From Candidatus Heimdallarchaeota archaeon (GTDB taxonomy: Archaea; Asgardarchaeota; Heimdallarchaeia; Heimdallarchaeales; DAOWED01), in the NCBI GenBank assembly GCA_030638685.1, contig DAOWED010000130.1, positions 1 through 49,070 on the forward strand: a stretch of 49,070 nucleotides of DNA, written 5' to 3'. The position numbers and the translations under genes are program-made. The notes beneath the pieces are model-generated. The model searched no databases and was not told the DNA's origin. It saw only the letters and a list, made by a program, of their open reading frames with translations. Shown here in pieces: positions 42,851 through 49,070 of this stretch; the stretch's first letter is position 1; each line of letters begins with the position of its first letter.

Positions 42851-42923
42851 TTAGCTTTTAACACGAAAAATGATTTAGCCATCTCCACAAAAGCTTTAAT
42901 ACTTAGCTTCTTAATTTTACGTA

Positions 42924-43967
42924 ATGTCAATTGATGAGAACCCAATTATTGCAGATGCAATAAGCAACCTTGATTATTTTTTTCAGGCAGAATCCTCTAA
43001 ACTGCTTAAAGAAGAAGTAACCAATTGGCAAGTTACTAGTGTTACTCATACAGAAAAAAAGGGGCGTTTTGCATCTATTTACCTCTTAAAGATCTCACTA
43101 TTAACTGATCTTGGAGAAATCGAACATAGTGTAGCCATAAAAATGATTGGAGAAGGTACCTTACCGCTGGATGAATTAGCCAATTCTTTCTACCTTGAAA
43201 ACACTTTTAGAATATTACCTGAGTTTGGTACCCCTCGAGTACTTTACTACAAATCTTCTGCTCCTGCTTATATTCTTTATGAGGGTGTAAGAGGAAGTAA
43301 TTATGATGAACTTGCGCTAGTTAAAGACAAAGCAACCCATGCTGGTCGCTTACTAGCAGCCATTCACGGAATCTCACAAAAAAGAATTGATATTGAAACT
43401 TATGAGGGGTTAACACGGTTAATTGGTCAACAGCTGAATGACACACTAGAGGAACGCCGGATATCCGCAGGAATAAAACCTTTTCTTGAAATAATGGAAA
43501 CCTCAAATGGCGGTTGCTATCCTTTTGGTGATTTTCATCAAAGCAATGTAATGGTTGAATCGGCAAATAACTTAGTTTCAAGAATGTACGTTATTGATTC
43601 GGAATATATGTTAAAAATTCCATTTGACCGATTTGATGACATAGGTTCCTTTTTTGGAAGACAATTATATCTAGAATATCGTTCAACTCAAAACTTCACG
43701 CAAACTGCTACAGATATCAGTGACTTCATAGCTGGTTATAATAGTTTTCTGAAAGAAAGAAATACTCCAACTTTAGATGAACTCTACCCAAAAGGAACTA
43801 CTTTAGACTTCTTTCTGTCACAATGGCTAATAATGAATTTACTAGATCAAAAATTGGACCCCTCTAGAGCAAGATCACCTACAGAAGATGCTCAAAAAAT
43901 GACCCTTATTCTGGCTTTATTGGAAGAAAAACCCTTTCAAAAGTTACTTTCTCATCAAATCCTTTAG
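42924..43967 (+). CDS. Aminoglycoside-phosphotransferase (APH)/choline-kinase-like small-molecule or protein kinase-fold enzyme
   Basis: 347 aa. The catalytic-loop-like segment is YPFGDFHQSNVMVE and the metal-binding-like segment is YVIDSEYM. It also has an N-lobe Lys region (VAIKMIGEG). Confidence 0.7.
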   Translation: MSIDENPIIADAISNLDYFFQAESSKLLKEEVTNWQVTSVTHTEKKGRFASIYLLKISLLTDLGEIEHSVAIKMIGEGTLPLDELANSFYLENTFRILPEFGTPRVLYYKSSAPAYILYEGVRGSNYDELALVKDKATHAGRLLAAIHGISQKRIDIETYEGLTRLIGQQLNDTLEERRISAGIKPFLEIMETSNGGCYPFGDFHQSNVMVESANNLVSRMYVIDSEYMLKIPFDRFDDIGSFFGRQLYLEYRSTQNFTQTATDISDFIAGYNSFLKERNTPTLDELYPKGTTLDFFLSQWLIMNLLDQKLDPSRARSPTEDAQKMTLILALLEEKPFQKLLSHQIL

Positions 43968-44143
43968 TCAATTATTATCTTATAAATTGGCAAAAAAAGT
44001 AATTATCAGACGCTTAAGCAAGTGATTCGGAAAAACTCCTTTTTTTAACTCCTCAGCATCATCCTTAAATAGAAGGTTTAATCTATTTTTGAATGATACC
44101 ATATTTATTTATGGCGTCAGTCAGTAATATTAATTAATTAGAA

Positions 44144-44578
44144 ATGGAGATAAAGATAGTAATGGCTTCTGTCACTCTAGCTCAAATGTCAACTTTAGGA
44201 ACTGATGAGCCAATAACACTCCCTAAAGCCTTCTTAGAGGCTTTGGCATCGGATGAAACATCACATTGTATTTTAATTCTAGCACCTAGTAACAAGATTA
44301 TTCGTTTGATTCCTACTGCTTCTAATGAAGTAATCAAAGTGAAAATCAATATAGGTAAGCTCAGTCCTGATTTCTTACGTCAGATGGGTAGTATATTTAT
44401 TAGATTAGGAATTAAAACACTCTACTCAACCGGATTATGCTTCACTCAAGATTCGTGTGTTTACGAAGGTTACATCGATTCAATTGAATTGGAAAATGTA
44501 ACTAAGGATGAAATAAAAGAAGAATTTATTGGAATTGAAGGCGTATCATCTGTAGATATTGATGTATTAACAATCTAA
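44144..44578 (+). CDS. Hypothetical protein; N-terminal AbrB/SpoVT-like swapped-hairpin segment plus a C-terminal ACT-like segment
   Basis: 144 aa. PITLPKAFLEAL...ILILAPSNKIIRLIP resembles AbrB/MazE-type domains. VIKVKINIGKLSPDFLRQMGSIFIRLGIKTLYSTG...GVSSVDIDVL resembles an ACT fold. The call is low-confidence and by eye. Confidence 0.45.
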   Translation: MEIKIVMASVTLAQMSTLGTDEPITLPKAFLEALASDETSHCILILAPSNKIIRLIPTASNEVIKVKINIGKLSPDFLRQMGSIFIRLGIKTLYSTGLCFTQDSCVYEGYIDSIELENVTKDEIKEEFIGIEGVSSVDIDVLTI

Positions 44579-44624
44579 CCTTCATTTTTAATTGGCTTAA
44601 GCATCATTCGCATGATTAAGTGAT

Positions 44625-45359
44625 GTGTTAATTGTGAAAAAACGACCTAAATTATTAATGCATCCAATACGTTTAGAGATTTATAAGTTTGTAAGTGAAA
44701 CTCCGGGTTCTCATTTGTATGAAATAATAGATAATCTAAATATTCCTCAGGGGACAATAACTTGGCATCTACGTAAAATGAGTGACGCCGGGTTAATTGA
44801 TACAGTTAAAATTGGGGGACGACGAGCTTTTTTCTCAAAAGCATTACGAGGAGTGGACACTGAACAGGCATTTGCAATGTTGAAATCAGACAAAGCGAAA
44901 GAGATCTTTCTCTACATTGTTAAGAATAGTTGTTGTTATCAAACAGAAATGGCTCAAGATTTTGACTTACATCATGATACAATCAGACACCATTGTGAGC
45001 GGTTGGAGAGTGTAGGTCTAATAAAAACACACAAAGAAGGCAGGATGCTCCGTCACCAAGTAGGTGAAATTGGAAAAAAAATACTTGCCTCAAATATTGA
45101 GCTAATTTCTCATGCATATATTTATCACTTAAAAACTAAACTCGAAGATGAATGCCTCACACCCTTAGTTGAAGAGTATTCAGATGATTCTCTGACTATG
45201 AGAATTTCATGTGCAGGTTATGATGATGTTACATTATCTCTCAAGCTCAAAGATTGGGAATTCATTCAAGATCTGGTTGAAGGGGACAGTGAAGATGATG
45301 AAGATGATGAAGATGATGAAGATGATGAAGATGAAAGCATTGTGGAAAACTCAAGTTAG
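44625..45359 (+). CDS. Double winged-helix (ArsR/TrmB-like) transcriptional regulator with a poly-acidic C-terminal tail
   Basis: 244 aa with a GTG start. The first wHTH is HPIRLEIYKFVSETPGSHLYEIIDNLNIPQGTITWHLRKMSDAGLI. The second is KEIFLYIVKNSCCYQTEMAQDFDLHHDTIRHHCERLESVGLI. The tail is EGDSEDDEDDEDDEDDEDE. Confidence 0.75.
   Translation: MLIVKKRPKLLMHPIRLEIYKFVSETPGSHLYEIIDNLNIPQGTITWHLRKMSDAGLIDTVKIGGRRAFFSKALRGVDTEQAFAMLKSDKAKEIFLYIVKNSCCYQTEMAQDFDLHHDTIRHHCERLESVGLIKTHKEGRMLRHQVGEIGKKILASNIELISHAYIYHLKTKLEDECLTPLVEEYSDDSLTMRISCAGYDDVTLSLKLKDWEFIQDLVEGDSEDDEDDEDDEDDEDESIVENSS
45291..45335 (+). repeat. In-frame 9-bp tandem repeat (GAAGATGAT x4 plus GAAGATGAA) encoding the acidic tail
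   Basis: Read directly. It lies inside the regulator CDS. Confidence 0.95.
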
Positions 45360-45362
45360 TTT

Positions 45363-46313
45363 CTATCTTCTTGAATAAACTTCTTTTTTATCTTTCTCAA
45401 GTTTAATTATTTTCCCTTCAGCCTCTAGTTTTTTCAGGTGTGCAATAACTGTTTGTTCTCGTGCTAGTAAATCATAAGGTGAGCTCCATTGAATATTGAG
45501 CACTTTAGTGACTTTATCAGTTATTTGCTCTGAAGTTTGCTCTTTTGATAATCCTTCAAGAATTTGGTTTTCCATCATTTTGAAACCTTCTAAACTAGCT
45601 TGAATGATTGATCTTGCAGATGGGGCCTTTAGAGATGGTTCAGTGTGAATGGGGCAGAGAGTATTGATTTTAGTGCGTGATAAGAATGTTAACTCTTTCT
45701 CAAAACCTGCAGCATCCCCAGTTAAGTCAATATAATAGTTAAGTTGTTTTTGAGGGAGTATAGATAAAGCATCTCCGCAAAACATTACTCTATTGCGGTC
45801 TAAGAAGAATAAGGAGTGACCTATTGAATGTCCATTGAATGATATAGCATGCAAGGATCCCTCTCCTAAGGAAATTGTATCCGCATCGTTAAAGTATTCA
45901 TCAACGTTTATTTTTTGCAAATTATCAAAAGGATCTTGACGAAAGGCTAATCGAAGACGCTTAGATCGGGTAATATTGAAATGATTCTTTTGTAGATGGT
46001 AGGACGGATTACTTAACGTATCTTTCAAAACCTCCGGAGCGATAAGTTTAGCTTCGGGGAAATAAATTTTTAATAAATTGGCACTTCCAATATGATCATG
46101 GTGTGCATGAGATAATAAAATCCATTTTACATCCATTGGAGAACGTTTAGCAGCTTTAACCGTATCCAGATAAGGTTGAGCTAATGTATTCTGTAGCCCT
46201 GTATCAATAATAGCCAGTTCTTCATCAATAATAAGATATCCTGCATTTGAAACCCCTGCTGATCCATGACTACTTTTAACGCGATATATTCCATCATCAA
46301 TGAGTTGAAACAT
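45363..46313 (-). CDS. Metallo-beta-lactamase-fold hydrolase with a C-terminal winged-helix-like segment
   Basis: 316 aa. It has ILLSHAHHDHIGS (HxHxDH), later His/Asp ligands (FNGHSIGH, CGDAL, PIHTEP), and the C-terminus TVIAHLKKLEAEGKIIKL. Confidence 0.85.
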   Translation of the reverse strand: MFQLIDDGIYRVKSSHGSAGVSNAGYLIIDEELAIIDTGLQNTLAQPYLDTVKAAKRSPMDVKWILLSHAHHDHIGSANLLKIYFPEAKLIAPEVLKDTLSNPSYHLQKNHFNITRSKRLRLAFRQDPFDNLQKINVDEYFNDADTISLGEGSLHAISFNGHSIGHSLFFLDRNRVMFCGDALSILPQKQLNYYIDLTGDAAGFEKELTFLSRTKINTLCPIHTEPSLKAPSARSIIQASLEGFKMMENQILEGLSKEQTSEQITDKVTKVLNIQWSSPYDLLAREQTVIAHLKKLEAEGKIIKLEKDKKEVYSRR

Positions 46314-46441
46314 TATTACTACCTATCACATTTACTTTCTTTCTACTATTAGACTATTTTTATTTAATATATCTGAAATTCATGTACTTAACTAACTTTC
46401 TTTCAGAAAGCCTTTTTATTCAGATTATCTCTTTTTTATTT

Positions 46442-47227
46442 ATGGCACGTGAATGCACTCGTTGCGGTGAAGAAGTAAATGAAAAATGGCTCTTTTGTAG
46501 ATTCTGTGGAAATAGGGTTAAAAGCGAATTCTCATCTGAATCGTCCGATTCCTTTGGCTATGATGAATCTTTTTCAGAAGATATCGACGAAGTTGATGAT
46601 TTAAGCACCCCCGAGGAAGTTATTGACGAGTTATCACTAGAAGAAGTTTATTTGATTATTACAACTAGAGATAAAAGACGAACTCTTAACACCATGAAAA
46701 AGGATCTTTCAGCTGAGATTGATAAGTTACTTGAAAGGATTAAACTCAAACTACTACCCAGAGAGGACGCTGTAAAACAACTAACTCAACTTAAGACTCA
46801 AAAAGAAGAAGTTGAACAGGTAGAAGCATCCCTTCCAGTTATTACTCAAGATTTAATCCCTCTTGAGATCTTAATAGAAGACGAAGAAATTGCAAAAGGG
46901 AAGCTATATGAAATCAATGCTTTAAGAAAGGAAGGGACGGTGAGTAAAGACACTATACGTAAAGCAAAAATGGAATACGAAGATCAGCTTAACAGTATTA
47001 AAGAAGAGTTGGGACTTGAATTGGGTCGAATGCGTGCTTGGAACGCTGATCTCACTCAAGATCTTAAAGAAAAACGAACTAAACTTGAAATGTTGATTGT
47101 CAGGAAAAGAACTGGTGAGTTAACTGAAGATGAATATGAAGAAAAAAGAGCTACTCATGCAGAAGAAATTAAATCTGTAGAGTTTTGCAATGAATTTATA
47201 GGTCGTTTAATCAAACAAGCTAAGTAG
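46442..47227 (+). CDS. Zinc-ribbon protein with an acidic linker and a long coiled-coil region carrying SHOCT-like motifs
   Basis: The listed ORF starts at 46382. The ATG at 46442 gives MARECTRCGEEVNEKWLFCRFCG (CxxC...CxxC). This is followed by a D/E/S-rich linker and heptad-rich helices, including LRKEGTVSKDTIRKAKMEYE and RKRTGELTEDEYEEKRATH. Confidence 0.65.
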   Translation: MARECTRCGEEVNEKWLFCRFCGNRVKSEFSSESSDSFGYDESFSEDIDEVDDLSTPEEVIDELSLEEVYLIITTRDKRRTLNTMKKDLSAEIDKLLERIKLKLLPREDAVKQLTQLKTQKEEVEQVEASLPVITQDLIPLEILIEDEEIAKGKLYEINALRKEGTVSKDTIRKAKMEYEDQLNSIKEELGLELGRMRAWNADLTQDLKEKRTKLEMLIVRKRTGELTEDEYEEKRATHAEEIKSVEFCNEFIGRLIKQAK

Positions 47228-47343
47228 TAATCTCTTAGATACTGATTTCTTTCTGGTTCGCGTATTAATCGCTTTTTTAGTTGAAGTATTTTCAGATAAG
47301 AATTTATACTAATAATTGTACTTTTTTAACGAAGGAATGTAAA

Positions 47344-48228
47344 ATGTCAGAAGATATGATAAAATGCCCTAGTTGCGGTGAACTCAATTATCCATCGGAT
47401 GAATGTCTTTTTTGCGGGAGCTCTTTATCCTCTAAAGAAGCAGAACAGAAAGAAGCATCTGAATTAACCGAAAATGAAATTGTTTGTCCGAATTGCTTTT
47501 CAATGAATTCTTCTGAGTCTAAAACTTGTTCTTCTTGCGGGATGGGATTAGAACCTTCTGAAGTATCTGAAGATGAGGATGATTTATCATTTGATTTACC
47601 AGTGTTGCCTTCCTTAGATGACGCACCAAGTTACGTTACTGATGAAGATGCTTCTGCAGCATTACCTTCTCTTCCAGATTTTGATTTTCTTGCACCTACT
47701 GATGGAATCGTTGATGATGATTTATACCTTGATGCTGATGTAGAAGTCAAACCCTCTTTCGTAGCATCTATCGGATTATATGGGTCCCTAGTTTGGGGTT
47801 TGGTTTTCTTTTCATTTGTTACTCTTTCATCTTTGGGATCAATTGGTTTTGTAAACCCTAACATAACTTTCCGAGGTGAGATATTTGGATTAGAAGAAGG
47901 TCTTACAGTTGATCCAATTGGGTTGATTTATTCGCTTCTCTTTTTCATTATTTTTGGATGGCACACTCGCTACCGTTGGGAAATGAGCGATAAAGCTGTT
48001 AACTTTCCTATTTACAGTATATTGACCTTACTTTTGGCTGAAACAATCACTTTATTTTTCTTACTCATACCTTTACCATTTTTAGCTTCTTCTTCAGAAC
48101 TACTTTATGTTTTTCTAATTCTAAGCGCATTTTGGAGCATCTTTATACTGTTTACTTTTGGTATAATTTTGTTTATTTTCAGTTCGAGCTTTATGTATCG
48201 GCCTATTTTGAACATGGTTTCACAATAA
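47344..48228 (+). CDS. Double zinc-ribbon membrane protein (two CxxC...CxxC ribbons, an acidic linker and about 4 C-terminal TM helices)
   Basis: The listed ORF starts at 47281. The ATG at 47344 gives MSEDMIKCPSCGELNYPSDECLFCG, and a second ribbon is CPNCFSMNSSESKTCSSCG. The C-terminal half is hydrophobic (LYGSLVWGLVFFSFVTL, LIYSLLFFIIFGW, ILTLLLAETITLFFLLIPLPFL, FLILSAFWSIFILFTFGIILFIF). Confidence 0.65.
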   Translation: MSEDMIKCPSCGELNYPSDECLFCGSSLSSKEAEQKEASELTENEIVCPNCFSMNSSESKTCSSCGMGLEPSEVSEDEDDLSFDLPVLPSLDDAPSYVTDEDASAALPSLPDFDFLAPTDGIVDDDLYLDADVEVKPSFVASIGLYGSLVWGLVFFSFVTLSSLGSIGFVNPNITFRGEIFGLEEGLTVDPIGLIYSLLFFIIFGWHTRYRWEMSDKAVNFPIYSILTLLLAETITLFFLLIPLPFLASSSELLYVFLILSAFWSIFILFTFGIILFIFSSSFMYRPILNMVSQ

Positions 48229-48536
48229 TAACTTGAAAGTAAGCTTTAGGGCGCCAATAATTATTCTGAAACAACAAAGAGAAATCAATGTAAAGAAGAA
48301 GAGAAGAAATAGCAATAAAAAACAAAACTACTTCAGCATGGGAATAATCTTTTTGAAGAAAAAATCATTTTAGAATATAATCCATAATCCTGTGATGAAA
48401 AAGTGATGTTGAGCAAAGAAGGAAGACGACTTCTAATCGTTTTTCATTATTTGTGAGGAAAGCCGACTTTTGCGCTGAGTTTTGTGGATTACCTTGCTTT
48501 CACGGTACTAGGCAATCTTTTTTTATTGAGATACAA

Positions 48537-49070
48537 ATGATAGATAAGAGTGCGAACTTTATGGCTGAAAATATAACTGATGTAATAATTAAGATACCTC
48601 AAATGGCAATTATTGCTGCAATTGTAGGACTGTTACTTTACCGTCGTCAAAAAAATAAGGTTAGGGGTTATACTTGGTTAATTGTAATCTTTGTATTCGC
48701 CTTTTTCCAGGGACTTATAGAGGTAATTGTTTATTTCTTGAAAGAAGAAGATGATTTTTGGTATAGATTCGACTGGTCTGAGTACATACCCTATGGCTTA
48801 GCATTAATGTCCTTTTATATTTTTACAGAATTTTTCAATAATGATTTTCCGCCATTGAAGAGGCTTATTCCAATGAGCAGTTTACTCGCGAGCGTATATG
48901 CAATCTATCTTTATTCAGAGTTATATATGGATATTGACAAAGACCCTAATAAAACAGCCTACTCTTTTCTCTTTGATATTTTCCAGTTGAGTGTTTTTCT
49001 TTATGCCTTCTACGCATACTACCAAGTGCACCGAACTATTGCCTTTAGTGAAATTAAACGCATTTCAACA
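48537..49070 (+). CDS. Polytopic membrane protein (hypothetical); 3' end cut by the window edge
   Basis: It is not in the ORF track because it has no stop codon. I translated from the ATG at 48537 to nt 49070 (178 codons) without a stop: MIDKSANFMAENITDVIIKIPQMAIIAAIVGLLLYRRQKNKVRGYTWLIVIFVFAFFQGLIEVIVYF... It contains several hydrophobic helices. Confidence 0.5.
   Translation, partial: MIDKSANFMAENITDVIIKIPQMAIIAAIVGLLLYRRQKNKVRGYTWLIVIFVFAFFQGLIEVIVYFLKEEDDFWYRFDWSEYIPYGLALMSFYIFTEFFNNDFPPLKRLIPMSSLLASVYAIYLYSELYMDIDKDPNKTAYSFLFDIFQLSVFLYAFYAYYQVHRTIAFSEIKRIST

Noticed and set aside
48391-48477. Possible box C/D sRNA (GTGATGA at 48391, GTGAGGA at 48452, CTGA at 48474, flanking AATCC...GGATT)
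   Set aside because: The element would be about 87 nt long. There is no CTGA-like D' box about 12 nt after box C. The C'-to-D spacing is 15 nt rather than about 12. The terminal complementary bases are not adjacent to the boxes. The fit to archaeal C/D rules is too poor to call without RNA data.
1-49070. CRISPR arrays, transposases/integrases, prophage or classic defence genes
   Set aside because: I saw no regularly spaced direct repeats, no DDE/tyrosine/serine recombinase-like ORFs, and no restriction-modification, Cas or toxin-antitoxin signatures in any listed ORF. The only tandem DNA repeat (45291-45335) is in-frame coding sequence.

Overview
This is a low-GC (roughly one third G+C by eye, not computed), densely coding archaeal chromosomal segment. 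I call about 45 CDS, mostly on the + strand. I saw no rRNA, CRISPR array, transposase or integrase.

The informational and central-metabolism genes are clearly archaeal:
- Cdc48/VCP
- Sec61-type SecY
- TFE-alpha
- Taw1/TYW1
- an e2b2-type ribose-1,5-bisphosphate isomerase
- archaeal PGK and AhcY
- a LeuCD/HacAB-type dehydratase
- two tandem 2-phosphoglycerate-kinase-like genes

The window also holds three different small GTPases. One is Rab/Ras-like and lies tail-to-tail, 2 nt apart, with a roadblock/longin-type protein. One is MglA-like. One is Era/HSR1-like and is translationally coupled to a small partner gene. This content fits an Asgard-type archaeon, but taxonomy cannot be proven from the sequence alone.

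Other content:
- a truncated Opp/Dpp ABC ATPase at the left edge
- several sequon-rich surface proteins (an LTD/CARDB protein, a 1394-aa FtsX-type permease with a giant ectodomain, an anchored HExxH protease)
- a glycosylation set (896-aa GT-C, GtrB-like GT2, two GT4 genes and a small ferredoxin)
- CBS-domain proteins, regulators and zinc-ribbon proteins
- one tRNA-Val(GAC) gene found by hand at 24778-24922, with two introns (37/38 and 59/60), the second sitting in a textbook bulge-helix-bulge motif

The observations I rank highest:
1. the roadblock/longin protein plus Rab-like GTPase module
2. a 4xCBS protein with a C-terminal HPF/RaiA-like (ribosome hibernation) domain next to ahcY
3. an ATPase-less FtsX/MacB-type permease pair with a ~1000-aa ectodomain
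4. the double-intron tRNA
5. an orphan MglA-like GTPase whose catalytic Gln is replaced by Glu
6. the GTPase plus small-partner coupled pair

All domain calls come from reading motifs by eye. No searches or computations were run.
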